Source: Vitrella brassicaformis CCMP3155 (Eukaryota; Protista; Chromerida). Taken from it: a stretch of 64,000 nt of DNA. Position numbers and translations under genes: made by a program. Location of the stretch: the NCBI GenBank assembly GCA_001179505.1, contig CDMY01000434.1, forward strand, positions 13,243 through 77,242. Reading direction: 5' to 3'. How positions within the stretch are numbered: the stretch's first letter is position 1; each line of letters opens with the position of its first letter. Positions 1-17,305 of this stretch are shown piece by piece. The notes beneath the pieces were generated by a model, which was given only the letters and a program-made list of their open reading frames with translations, had not been told where the DNA came from and did no database searches.

Positions 1-253
1 TGGTCACGAATATGGCGAGGAAGGTCGTGTAGAGCAGCCCCGAGTAGAACAGGCTGTTCCGCTTGGCCTTCTTGAACGAGTATATAACGCCGCCCAGCGG
101 GATGCCGCCTGCGGTGGCTGCCTGCATCTCCGTATCCTCCTCATCGGCGTCGGGCTCAACGGGAGAATGGCGGTCAGTCATCGTGATTTGTTGTGTTTGC
201 GCGCTTTTGGGGGGCTTGGAGCTGAGCTCGCCGGCAAGGGATCCGCGCGACAT
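1..253 (-). CDS. 5' part of a gene running off the left edge; probable membrane protein (first hydrophobic helix vaguely PKD2/TRP-channel-like)
   Basis: Minus-strand frame open from ATG 253 (or ATG 181) to the window edge: MSRGSLAGELSSKPPKSAQTQQITMTDRHSPVEPDADEEDTEMQAATAGGIPLGGVIYSFKKAKRNSLFYSGLLYTTFLAIFVT. It has no stop, so it is absent from the ORF track. The family guess is weak. Confidence 0.5.
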   Translation of the reverse strand, partial: MSRGSLAGELSSKPPKSAQTQQITMTDRHSPVEPDADEEDTEMQAATAGGIPLGGVIYSFKKAKRNSLFYSGLLYTTFLAIFVT

Positions 254-407
254 TCTTGAGGTTGTTCTCTACATTTGATGGATTGGCACATCCACATGAC
301 ATGGTCAGTGACACGCATCGTGCTCAGTGACACGCAGGGCGCCTCACTCACTGTCTCATTGATCGACGGACGGAGACGCAGAGGGCGCAAAAATCCCATA
401 GTCCATG

Positions 408-408
<1 letters not shown>

Positions 409-459
<51 letters not shown>
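409..459. repeat. Compound (CA)n(GA)n microsatellite, representative of dozens of intronic/intergenic SSRs (CA, GA, GACA, GGAT, GGCA, GGGA, GACT) across the window
   Basis: Directly visible; similar tracts occur in most introns. Confidence 0.95.
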
Positions 460-646
460 TCTCACACACGTGCATGTGCACGTGAGAAGCAGGTCCACAC
501 ACAGACACACAGATTCAGACCTATATATATCTTGGAGAGCCACACTCTCACGCACAAGTGAGGTGAACAGAGAGACACAGCAAGACAGCATGAACCCCTG
601 GCCAGCTATACAGACGCTTTAGCAGCTTCTTCTTGCCGTGTCTTGC

Positions 647-4990
<4,344 letters not shown>

Positions 4991-5041
4991 TGATTTTCCT
5001 CTCGGTCATCTCAACGACAACGGTGCCTGATAGTGGACACG

Positions 5042-8000
5042 ATGCTGAGGCTATTCAGCGGCCTTGATCCCAAGAACCGGTGCGTGGCCAAGGCCACCAA
5101 CAAGTACGCAAGGAAAGAGTTAGCAGAGGGGCCTCGCCGCAGGCCGCTGGTGTGTTTGTATGTGATGGATGTGATTGACACATGTGGTTTTGCCCACACA
5201 ATTCCTGCAGGCGTGTTGAGGGGGCCAAGCCCAAGTACTACCGCACCATCCTGATCGAGCTGTGGGGCAAGGAGACCGCCCAGCAATGCAGAGAGGCCTA
5301 CCAATGGCTGTTCGACAGACTCATGGTCAGTGCTCAGCCAGCCAAGCAGGCCAAGCCACAGCACACCACACAGTACAGTGCAATCAATCGAGCTCGCCCC
5401 TCTACTCTTCTTTTTCAGATTCGTCCAATCACTTCGGACCCTGTGGTGACCCTCAAGGTGCTGCTGCTGGTGCACAAGGTGTGCCAGCAGGGGCCCCTCG
5501 AGGCCGTCATGCAGAACCTCCCCATCAACCTGCTCGACAAGATACACGGCGCGTGGATGGAGCCCTTCCCTGACAGCAGTAGCCACCCCCACCACACCCC
5601 CGACCTGCAGGGCAGCCAGAACCACATCATGATGCTCAACAGCAGCGGGGTCAGCAGCGGCCCGGAGGACGTGATTGTGGAGCGGATCGACTCGAACTCC
5701 AGTGTGCTCAGCACCAGCGACGACCAGAACCTCAAGGCGGTGATAGCCGAGTACAGTCGGTTCCTGCAGGCCAAGGTCAGCACCCACAGCAGGTGGGAGC
5801 TCTTCTTCCAGGGCAACTGGTCCATCGACCGCTACCTCGCTACCAACATGCTCACACTCGAGCAGGCCGCGCAGATCTACGACCCCACAATGTCACCCAT
5901 ACACCCAACCGTCCTCACCTCGCTGCTCGACCTGGCCCCCGCCCTCGCCCGCCTCAACGCGCGGCTGATTGAGCCACCGCCGGACGGGGGTCAGCCCGGC
6001 TGCATTGGGTCGAGGTACTTCGTGCTGTATCTGGGGGTCATCACTGCCCTCATCGACGAGTCTTGGGCGCTGCTGTCGATCGCCACGCACATCCTCGGCC
6101 GTCTCGTGCTGAAGCTATACCCCTCCCGCACACCCTCTCCCTCCCCCAAGCACCAGAACCAGCATCAGCAGCAACGGTCGCGGTCCTTTGGCCACGCCCG
6201 GTCCTCCCTCCGATTTGACATTGACAGTCTGATGATGGAGTCGACGGCTGCTGATGATTTCGACTCATCCCCCAGCCAGTCGGCGGCCTCTCTCTTCGCG
6301 TCGACCAATCCGATGCCCCCATACCCCCCACAGCCACCCGAGACGTCGGCAACGTTTCCCTCTGGCGACGAGAGTGAAGCGTCTTTGCGGAGGCGGCGGA
6401 CTTTGGCCAGCCTGCCGTCGGGGATATCTGAGGGGAGTGACAGTGAGGGCGGGTGGGGGTCGGTGACCGGCGACCAGCGGCGGAGCTTGGCTAGGGTGCT
6501 GCTGGCCGTCAAGGAGAGGTATCTCATGTTCGTTAGGACTGTCAGGGCGCTATCAGGTACACACACACACACACAACAGACGATGCAGGGGCGCATCCGA
6601 CGCACACGCCTTCTCTCCCTCCCTGTCGTGTGTCGATCGATCAGATTTTTGTCGTCGTTTCGAGAGTGTGTTTCCCGAGCTGGCGCACATGGCGTCGCCC
6701 CCCGACGTGGTGGAGGACCTCTTCTCCGACCTGCCCTCTCTCGTCAACCAGCCCACACCCACCAGCCCTCGCACCTCACGCGCGTCAAGGGCGACGCCCA
6801 TCGTACCCACCCCTCCCCCACAGCAAGCACGACCACAACAGGCCGCACGACAGCAGCTCTCGCCCAAAGAAGGCATGGCGCGCACACACTCGCCGCAGAG
6901 GGGTGACGCCGGTCGTGGTGGGGGCCGGTTCCCCGATTTCGAGCCGCCATCGCCGCGGGGTGTGGCTGCCCAGAGGGCTGATGAGGCCAAGACCGCCAGT
7001 CCGGCTGTGGGGCGGAGGGAGGGGGAGGGGGAGGCAGGGGAGCGCGACAAAAGGCCGGGGGATCACGCGGCGTCGGCATCGTTGCTGGGGCTGTCCCTGG
7101 CCCATCGGAGCCGGCACAACATCCCCAGTGCAGTCGTCAAGGCGTGCGACACACTCAGCGGGATAGAGCTGCCCAAATCGTCTGGTGAGAACAGGTTGCA
7201 AGGCCGACACACCGAGTATGCAATGTGCTTGCCATCCCTCTCTCCCCTCCCTGCCTCAGATCGTCTCTACCTGAACCCCTTCATCCCCGACCCCAACCAG
7301 CCCTCATTATCCGCCGATGGGCCGCCCGTCGAGGCCGGGAGTGCGTCAGAGGACGAGTTCGAGGACCTGTTTCTGCAATCAGACACCTCACAGCCACAGT
7401 CACAAGGCCCCTCCTCACCCAAACACCGGCCGACAACGGCGGTTGAGGATCTCATGGATAGGGCGGTAACGAGTCCCACTCGGCCACAGCAGCCATTGCA
7501 GGAGCAGCAGAAGGAGCTGGGTGTGACGGCAGTGTCTGAGCAAGCGCCGCCGAAGCCTGCTGCATCACGACCCCCTCCGCCCCCACCACCTCCCCCACCC
7601 CCTGCCCACCCCTCGCTTGCAGCGCAAGCAGGCCACGTGCGGTCCTCATCTGCCGGCCCGGTGCCATCCGTGGCACCAGCACACGCCCCCCGACCTCAGC
7701 CACTGGAACAGCCTCCGCCCAAGAAGCGGGCGGCACCGGCTGTCTCTTCGCCGCCTGGTGTGGAGCCCAAGTTCGGCCCAGGTGTGCTGCTGCCGCTGCC
7801 GGACGGTCCGGTGGGGAGGGGGAAGCCCCCCGAGGGGACCTCGCAAACTGCGTCGCCCACCCCTCTGTCGTCACCACGGCCGCCTCATGTGGAGGCAGGT
7901 CGGGGAGGTCGGCATTTGTGGGTGCAGCAACAGCAGAGGCTGCCAGATCTTGGTGCTCTGCAGCAGCAGCAGCAGCAGCATCACGTCAACAAGCAGGCGA

Positions 8001-10154
8001 CGATGCCGGTTGGAGAGATCATGGCGGCCGCGGGTGGGGGGCACGGACACGGCAAAGCAGCAGCCGTCGACCACCCGGTGGGGCGTGCTGTGATGGCTCG
8101 GGCACCGACGGCGCCGCAGATCGTCAATATAAATGTGTCCCGTCCGCCACCACCAGCCCCCATCCCGCCCCTGCCCCTGCCGGTGCGTGAGGCGAGGCGC
8201 TACTCGCGGGGCTCCTCCCACAACCACAACAACCCCTTCTCGGGCTCGCAGCAGGTGTCAGCCGCCCCATCGTCACAGCACACGCCGGGAGTCCAGACGC
8301 CCGCAAGGCCGCTACACCCTGGCGGGCAGCAGCATCAGCAGCAACAGCAAGGCATCCAGGGGGTGTGGGCTGCTCAGCACCAGCATCACCACCAGCAAGG
8401 TGGGGGAGGGAGCCCCAAGCACGGCATGCAGCTGCCCCCGCCCCAGCCCCCCCAGGGAGAGCTGTTTCGCAACGCCTCCTACGGCGTGTTCGACCACTCG
8501 GCGCGTGCAGGGGGCGGTGGTCATGGCGCGGGCGGGTCACCAGCACCGTCCAACCCCTTCTTGCAGCAGAACTTGGCTTACATGGACCAGCACGCACCCT
8601 TTGGTGCGGGGCAGCGGCAGCGCCGCGCCAGCCAGCAGGAGATGCACATGCACCGCGTGTCGATGACCCCTCCTGCTGTCACGCCGCGGATGGGACAGAC
8701 ACCACACGCACACGTGGCCGCCGGACGAAACGCGGGCCTCATGCAAGCAGCCTTCCCCACTCCCCCCAACGCACAGCAGCAGCAGCAGCAACAGCACCTT
8801 CATCACCACCACCATCACCACCAGCAGGCAGCGGCGCCGCAGCAACCCCACCATGCCCACCCGCAGCCAAAGGGTGCGAGAGCGATGCCCCACCACGCAC
8901 CGGCACAGGCAGCGCCCGACAGCCCCTCGAGCAACAACAGAGTGGCGCCGGAGTTGGAGGTCGATCCAAAGGAGATCCTGTACGAGCGGCTGCTGGGCCA
9001 GGGCGCCACAGCCAAGGTCTACAAGGGCAGCTGGCGGGGCACCGAGGTGGCCGTCAAGCAGCTGACGGTGGCCCTGCCCCTCAACAGCGACGACAAGGCG
9101 TGCACCGAGTTCAACCGGGAGATGGCCATTATGATGCGCCTGCGGCACCCCAACCTGACTCTGCTGATGGGGGCGACCACTAAAAACCGGCCGCTTTGCG
9201 TAATCATCGAGTACTGCAGCGGCGGGACGCTGTTCGAGCTGCTACATGGGCAGCCACAGGTGCCGCTGACGTGGCGGCAGAAGATCAAGCTGGCGACGGA
9301 CATTGCCAAGGGGATGAACTTCCTGCACACCTGCAAACCGCAGATTGTCCACAGGGACCTCAAGTGAGCCAAGACGGAGAGATCGAGAGATGATGACCTT
9401 ATTGGATGGATGGATGGAATCGTTCGTGTGTGGCAGGTCGCTGAACATCTTGTTGGCCGAGCCGGTCCGCTCGCCGTCAGACAATCCGCTTGCCAAAGTC
9501 TCCGATTTCGGTGAGTGAGCACACAGACACTCAGGCAGACAGACAGACAGGCAGGCAGGAGAGGAGCCGAGAGCACCTCCCTCCCTCCCTCCCTCCCTCT
9601 CTCCCTTGTGTGTCGTTCATTCAGGTCTGAGTCGCATCAAGCGTTCGGCGGGTTGGGGTCACATGACGGGCGCCGCGGGCACCTACCACTGGATGGCGCC
9701 GGAGGTCCTCACAAACCAACAGTACAACGAAAAAGTCGACGGTAGGCCCTGCCAAATCAAAGGACACGCAAACAAGCGAGCGATCGCATCTCTCTCTCTG
9801 TGTGTGTGTGTGTGTGTACTTTTATATGCAGTGTTCTCGTTTGGCATCGTGTTGTACGAGATCTGTTCGCGTCGCATCCCCTACGAGGAGCTCAACCTGC
9901 CGCCCGTCTCAATCGGCATCGCCGTCTCGAAGGGCGCCCGGCCCGACCTTAAGAGGATCCCCATCGACACACCTGTTCAGATCAGGTGGGCAGGCAAGAA
10001 GGCGACACACGCGCAGCGCACAGCACAGCGGAGTGTGTGTGGTTCGTCCCATGTGTGTGTGTGCAGGCAGCTGCTGCAGATGTGTTGGGCGCCGAGTCCG
10101 GCGGATCGGCCGTCGTTCGAGACGGTCCTCGCCGTGCTCAAACAAGTCAGCTGA
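5042..10154 (+). CDS. ANTH/ENTH-like N-terminal domain + long Pro/Gln/His-rich linker + C-terminal TKL (Raf/MLK-like) protein kinase
   Basis: Spliced N-terminus KATNKRVEGAKPKYYRTIL...SDPVVTLKVLLLVHKVCQQGP (ANTH pattern; intron 5104-5210). Kinase motifs GQGATAKV, VAVK, HRDLKSLN, DFG, GTYHWMAPE, DVFSFG, CW...RPSF; stop TGA 10152-10154. Confidence 0.9.
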
Positions 10155-11014
10155 TGGGGGTGGGGTAGGGTTGCGTTGCGTTGGGTTGGGTTGGGTGTTC
10201 TGGGTGCGGTGGCGGTGATGCGCTGTCGAGTGAAGGTGCATAGGGGCTGGCTGCTCGGGACATGTAGTGTATTTGGCCGGGGGGGAATTGCGTGTGTGCA
10301 TCCTTTTGTGTTGGCTGGTTTGCTAATGGAAAGATTGGTCTGGCAATGAAGGTGGTCGTGAGTGATGGTAGGTTGGCTGACACGAACACTTGCTCGCGCA
10401 CAGTGACTGGGTGAAATGCGGTGTGTCCTCTGAGAGGAATGAACTTCAGCTGGCAGTTCGATGGATGCGACACGGAGCGACCGACGTCCATTTGCAACGG
10501 TCAGCGAACGAGTGACGGCTCACATCACACAGAAATGTACCACAGCATATTGTGAGAAAAAACCGTGTATCTAGTGTGAAGGACCCTTGAAAACCAGCGG
10601 CACACCGACCGACATATGAGCACGATGTGATGTGTATACCGACCATACCAGGTGGGCTCTCTCATCAACACATACACACCACAAACACACGCAATCCCTA
10701 TCTGCCCTGCCTAGCCCCCACACATGAGTGGAATGCTCTGTGCCTGATACTGTAACTGTACAACGCATAAAATTGCCACGCCAGCCACCAATTAGGAATC
10801 CATGGTGAATTGCCCGTTTGTCTCCCTGTCTGTGCTCCGCCCTCCCTCCCTCCCTCCCTCCCTCCCTCACTCATCTATACTACAAGGCGGCCACAACGCA
10901 TTTGCAGCAATCATGCACAACACAGTGTTCGTCAACCATCATCGGCCAATGGCACCATTGTATGAAGCAGCCACAAGAAAGCGCAACACACACACTCAAG
11001 ACACAGCGGGGCAG

Positions 11015-11045
<31 letters not shown>

Positions 11046-11239
11046 GACAGGAGAGGGAAAACCAGCTTTTAGCTGACTATGCTCTGGACACACGCATGAC
11101 ACACACACACACACATACCCACACGCATACGTCGTGGCAGCCGCCCTTTGTCCGAATCGCAGAGAGAGCGAAAAAGACAGAGCAAGCATACATTCGCACA
11201 CACACAACAGAGCCTGTCGAGCCTGTCTGTCTCTAGTCT

Positions 11240-12886
11240 CTAGGGCGCCTCAGTGGGCGACTCCGGGGCCCTCACACCCGCCGGCGTGCTGCTCGGGCGG
11301 TTTCCCTTGGCTCCGATGGCCTGCCCAGTGTGCCACTGGGGCGAATAGGGTCCACTGCCGGTGACCACAGTGAGGCCGTGGGAGCTCAGCTTGGTGCGCA
11401 CGACGTTGGGGGGGCTGCCTGGATGAGGTCCGTCGGGCAGTCCGTCGGCTGATGTCCGCTTTGCAGGTGGTGAGATGGGTGGCTGTGGTCTGATCCAGTT
11501 GACCTTGTAGTAGAAGGCCTCGTTGCCGTTGGACATCCGGAGGGTCGTCTTCTCAATCGCTATCGACAGCTCGTGCTCTTGCCTGATGCACTCAACGACG
11601 GAGGGATGCAGGGAGGGATGGATGGGGTGTGTGGTCATGTCATCTGTGTGGTCATCGGTGGGGGACTGCTCACTTACGCCATGTACGAGATGAGAAGCTC
11701 CCTCCTGCCAGCGATCAGCTCACACAGACTGTCGGAGAAGAAGGGCTCCACCCAACACACGGGGGGCGGGGCCTGCGGGGTGGCGGCAGCGGGGGGATGG
11801 CCGCCCACACCACGAGACGGCAAAGACGAGCCCCTCACGTGACACCTGGTATCGTCACGCCCAGACAGACAGACAGACAGACAGACAGAGGACGGAATGT
11901 TTTCTCGACCCTCCAATCAGTCAAGTCGATGACTCCGTCATCCATCCATCCCATCACGTACCTGGCCACAATGTCGTCTCGGTGCACATCGATCTTGCCC
12001 CAGCCGAGTATCTGCACCGTCACCCTGTCCTCCTCCCGCGCCGAAGGGAACACCCCAACCGCACACGCCTGCAGCGACACACCCATACCCGCACCGCCGC
12101 ACGCCGACGCCTCACGATGGTGGTCCCTCTCACGCCGCTCCTCATCCCACCCCTCCCCTGCGCAATGCCTCGGCAGCCCACCGCCGTCCACGAACTGGCG
12201 GAAGCCTTTGAAGAGCACCGCTGCGAAATTGCGCAGGAGCGCGCGCATCTTCTGGTCGCCCCACCTCTGCTCCTGCGCCAGCTCCTCCAGCTTCCGGTCA
12301 GAGAGAGTTAGGGGTGGGGGCAGGGCGGCCGCTGTGCGACCGTTCTCGAGCAGCGCCTCGATATCAATGTTGTAGAAGTCGAGCTCTTTGAGCAGGTGGT
12401 CCTCCATCAGGTGAGGGGGGCAATACCAGGACCGGGAGCGGAGGATCTCCAACACGGCCTCATAATACGCACCCGACCTGCAAACACATGGGAGAGAGAG
12501 AGTCTGAGTGAGGACGGTGCCTCTGCGGCTGTTTGTGTGAGGGAGCTCTGCAGGGATGCCCACGCACCTATCGATGAAGTATGCGCCGCTCTCGTCGCGG
12601 TAGGCAGGAATGCGGCCACTCAGGAGGCCGACGAAGAAAGAATTCTGGGCCAAACCGGTCTGCACACAAACATAACCAGACAGACCCCACAGGCTACCAA
12701 ATAGATGCCACCACCTTTTGCCTCCCGTGGTGTGCGAGTGACCTGCCAGCCTACCTGGAGTGTCGACGCGAGTGTGGTGAACTTCATCCCTCCGACATTC
12801 AGATGCACCAACGGAGATGGCGCGGGCGGCGGCGAGTAGTCGGGCGTAGACTGCCTCACGAGCGATGACGACGAAGCCTCTTCCAT
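11240..12886 (-). CDS. BTB/POZ (KCTD/potassium-channel tetramerisation-type) domain protein
   Basis: VHLNVGGMKFTTLASTL...FFVGLLSGR...DESGAYFIDRSGAYYEAVLEILR...LLKELDFYNI across spliced exons; the start could extend to ATG 13024. Confidence 0.85.
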
Positions 12887-13099
12887 CTTCCAGACCAGCT
12901 GGATGGTCGTGCCATCAAAACCGTGATTCTCGTTCTCCCTCTTTCTCAAGCTGGCAACGGTTTCAGGAAGCACCCTAGGCGGCCTTTCAGCTCGCAAGTG
13001 GCTTCGAGAGGGAGAAGAGAGCATAAGGGCCAGGCCATCAGCACAAGGACAAGGACAGCCATAAGAGAGCATCGGAGGAGCAGATCAGCAAAAGCCGCC

Positions 13100-16049
13100 A
13101 TGCGGTGGTGGGATCCGGCAGAAGAGGCTTCCGCCGTGAAGCAGTGTGCTGCTCAACGACCAGGGAGAAGGAGGAGCCAGCAACAGCAGCAGCAGCAGTG
13201 GTGGCGTCAGAGTGCTCTCCAGCCGTCGAGCGGAGTAATGGTCATGTGCTTGTGCCTTGTGCAGTGGCTCTATCTGCCGCTGTGCGAGGGTGCCACACGG
13301 CTGGCGCGAGGGAGATTGCTGGGATTTGGTTCTCTTCCGACGCCTCGATTGGCCGCAGGCGTGCAGTGGAGGGAATGTCGACGCAGAGAGGGTGAGCGAA
13401 TCATGACTGACAGAGAAACATAGACTGGATGTCTGTCTGTCTGTCTGGTGTTATTATCAGGTGGTCAGCCGCCTCTCCTCCGTCTTGCAGCGAAGAAGCG
13501 GTCTGTAGAGCCGCCTTCAGACGGGGACGACGAAGCAAAGCCGAAGAGCGCGAAAGCGGATAATGCTGATACAGCCCCCCCGTCGCTTACCCCCCTTGCT
13601 TCTCTTGGCGACATCGAGATGGACGTCGGCGATGCATCCGCTGCTGCTGCTGCGCCTGAGTCGGCCCCGAAAGCCAAGAAGTCTCGAGGCAAGAAGGCGG
13701 AGGCAGCGACGCGGTGGTTCCCGACCAACGATGAGGAGTGGAGGACAGAGGCCGCTCTCGCAGACTTGGAGACCAGAATGAAGGTGAGGGAGGGCGACTA
13801 CACACAGGAGCGGGTGACTGACGTGCAGGTTGCTGGTTCAAATGTTCTTTCTGCCTGTCTGTCTGCAGCGTGCTTCGGATGAGGGCCGGTACACAGAAGC
13901 GGCGGCTTTGCGTGATGACATCTCAAAGCTGCACACAGACGAGTACCTCAGAGTCCTCGAGGCAAACAGACGATTCTACGCCGCGTAAGGAAGACACACG
14001 CCCGGCCAAGCGGCGCTTCACCCACACATACATTCCTCCCTCCCTCCCTCTCCCTCTCTGGATGTCTGTCTGTGTCTTGCGTCCGTCAGGTTCTCTTCCA
14101 AGTCGCTGCAGGAGATGCAGGCCGTGTGGATGAACAACAACATGATCTTGTGCTTCCACCCCTCGTCGCCCAAGCCCATCAGCGGCTACGAGGCCATCAT
14201 GGACTCATGGAAGCGGCTCTTTCACGCGACAAACAGAGACGGCGAGAAACAGCGGGTCATCCAGCCGCACAACATCGCCGCTCGGGTGAGGGGCACTACT
14301 GCCTGGGTGACGTGCGAGGAGGTGGTCCTCAAGAAGGTCTCTGGCAACTCTTCCCCCGTGCCCACGGGGAGGCGTCTCATCGCCACAAACGTCTTCCACA
14401 AGCTAGATGGGAAATGGTCAGTGTCGCGAGCAAACGAGCGAGATTTACTAGACATGGTGCACACAAGTTACTTAGTTGGTTGTTTCTTCTTTGTCGGCTG
14501 CAGGCTGCTGGTGCACCACCACGCCTCTGCACCACAGAGGGTCCAAAGGCGCCAGCAGCAAGTGTGGGCTTCTGGCAACATATTCGGTGCACGCACACAA
14601 AACACACAGCCACACGGGCACACGCCAGGGATGCCATTCCTCACACACGCCCTCTGTCGCCCGTCCCGTCTGTGTGAATATCAGATTTATTCGACGGTGG
14701 CCAGGAGATGGAGGAAGAAGAGGACGAGTACGACGCCAGAGAAGACGCGGAGGGACCCGGTGAGTCAGACAGATGAGGGCAGCCAGGCAGGCCATGTAGC
14801 CCATGCCTTGGACGCATGTCTCTCCGTGATCACCATTTCAGATGACATGTTTGAGTTTGACACGGACGACCAGGAGCCGCAGCAAGTGAGGGTGATAGTG
14901 GGCGGCCCAGGGGCACCTCAGCAGCTGGGCGGCTTCTTCAAGCGGATCCTCATGGGCGGCCAGGAGGGCGGCGACATGATGTTCGACTCGACGGGCGACG
15001 ACAACGGCAAGAAGGTACGTACGCACCTACCGACCGACACACGACGCCCATCAATGTCCTCGATGCTGTGTTGTGTTGGGGTGCGCTGTGTCGGGTGCAG
15101 GGGTTTGTGGCTCATCAGTTCTTCACCATCGACCAGAACGGCAACATCCGCAGCGCATCCATAGACGACGGCGACAGTGACGATGAACAAGACGACACCA
15201 AAACCACCGGCGGCCAGCAGAACAAGAAGAAGAAGCGGGGGCAGAACAACAGCAGCAACAACAGCCAAGTGACGCCCAACCTGGCGGCTGGGGGCCCTTT
15301 CTCCCTTTTCGACCAGGTGCTGGGCCTCCCGCCCGGGCCGGTGATTCGGCAGCAGCAGATGGGTGGCCCATCAGGGATGCAGATCACTCCGCTGCATCAA
15401 ATCATCAACGATATTGATGAGAATGAGTCACCCGAAGACGCTGCTGCCGCCGCTGCATACCAGACCCCCTCCATCTCACTCCACAACATCCCCCTGACCC
15501 GCGTCGAGCGCAACGGCAGCGTCGCCTTCGAGGCGCCACAGATCAGCCTGGCAGCAGCGCCAGCACCACCCTCCCCGCCCCCCACCACAACAGCAAAGGA
15601 TTGGATCGATCTGTCCGACCTGACGCCGACACAGCCACAGCAGCCGAAGGTGGAGCCCTCCGTGACTTCCAAGGCCGTCAAGGCCATCCGTCGGCTGCAC
15701 CGGCAATCACGGCTGTCTAACTTTGAGAAGAAGGTGCTGCTCAAGGAGCTGGTGGACGACCAGGTGATTGCCAGGGTGGGGGAGGGGGCGTCGAGGGGGC
15801 AGAGAATCGATGTCGCCTATCGGTTGCTCGTCGAAGAAGCCACCAAGGTGAGAGGGAGGGGGCGTGGTGGCAGCTCCACACACACAAGACGGCAGAGGAG
15901 ATGCATTTATTGCGTGTGCGCTTGTGTGTGTGTGGTGCGTTCCAGAATGGCACATCGGCTGAGGCGGAGGAAGCCGAAGACGACTTTCTTCAGCAGCTCC
16001 AGATGATCACAGCCGCGGCGAACCAGACCACCACCCCAGCCCACAATGA
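13100..16049 (+). CDS. SnoaL-like/NTF2-fold protein with possible signal + transit peptide and an uncharacterised C-terminal helical domain
   Basis: VLEANRRFYAAFSSKSLQEMQAVW...CFHP...ISGYEAIMDSW...AWVTCEE...ATNVFHKLDGKWLLVHHHAS (SnoaL_3 pattern). Hydrophobic MVMCLCLVQWLYLPLCEG near the N-terminus; last exon 15944-16049. Confidence 0.8.
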
Positions 16050-16441
16050 GTAGGGTACGTCGATGTCTATCCCTGTGTCTTTGTTTGACGGGTTTTCCAT
16101 TGCGTTGCCACCGTTCCATTCCGTTCCGTTTCGACCCACAAGGCAAGGCAAGGCAGGGAGGGAGGAGGAAGGATTGTGTGTGTGTGTATGTGTGAAAGCA
16201 GTGTGTGCATATCCAACCGAGATGATGAGATTTTTGCACGTCCGTCCCCGCTGTCTGTTTTGGCTGGCGATGCAGTCAGTGATGTCGTGACTGACGAAGA
16301 TGTGAGACCCTTTTGAGTTTGGCATCTCTGTCTGTTCTCTTCCAACTGACCAACACGCTTTAAGCCTACACATATACACTAGTGCTGGCAACACCCGTGC
16401 GATCATGCGCAGCCCCTGGCCGCGTCTACACTCGGCTCGGC

Positions 16442-16458
16442 TCACCAGATGAACTGAT

Positions 16459-16493
<35 letters not shown>

Positions 16494-17195
16494 CACACAC
16501 ACACAAGGCCACTGACAAGAGTATGACAACGTTCGGGCATCTCGCGTGGTCAGGTACTGGCAAACTCCTGTAGAGTCTGTCGGGCTCTGTGCAGTCCTTC
16601 TGCCACATCGCCCTCAGCGACGCCCCTCTTGAGGAAGTGCACGGCGTTCTTGATCTTGGACACCACCATGTTGTTCGAGGCACGCAGCCTATCGAAGCTC
16701 CTGCGGTCCGACTTAAGGATCTTCCCTGCCATGGGTCAGAAGCAGTCAGGGCAGCGACGCGAGAGGCAGTGGTTTGTGTACCGAATTGGTCTTTGGTGTG
16801 TTTGTCCATGCGGTTCGACGACATGATGTCGCTGAGCCCCTCTGATGTGTCCTTGTTGAGTGCTTTGGTCCTCTTCATGTTGGCCTCCAGCTTATGCTGG
16901 ATGCTCTCCAGCTTCGTCACCATCGCCTCGGCCTGCGTGCACCGCAGCGGCGTGGGTGAGGAGGAGAGTTGACGCACGTGTGGCCCTCTTACCTCTTTCT
17001 TGTCTGCGGCTCTGTCCTTGGTCTGCGCCTTCGGCCCTCCATCGTGATGGATCTGCCCGAGACTCGACGCTGCTGAACCGAACCACAAGCTGGGTTAATG
17101 CATGCAAACTGAAAGATTTCTTCTCACGTGCTACCTGCTTGGCCTCCCACAACCAGCCATGAGGCCAGCAGCACCGAGAACGAAAGGAAAACCAT
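16442..17195 (-). CDS. Small (166 aa) putative secreted coiled-coil protein, unknown function
   Basis: Five exons (17195-17128, 17089-16993, 16932-16782, 16725-16558, 16458-16442) sum to 501 nt in frame with GT-AG sites; signal-peptide-like start MVFLSFSVLLASWLVVGGQA. Confidence 0.65.
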
Positions 17196-17305
17196 TGGGA
17201 GACCTCCCGTATTTACAGCCTCCTGATGAGTTTTTCGCCCTGCCCTAAACACAATAACCAAAACCAAAACAGAGCGTTAGCCTGTGATATCGCAAGCAGA
17301 CAGAT

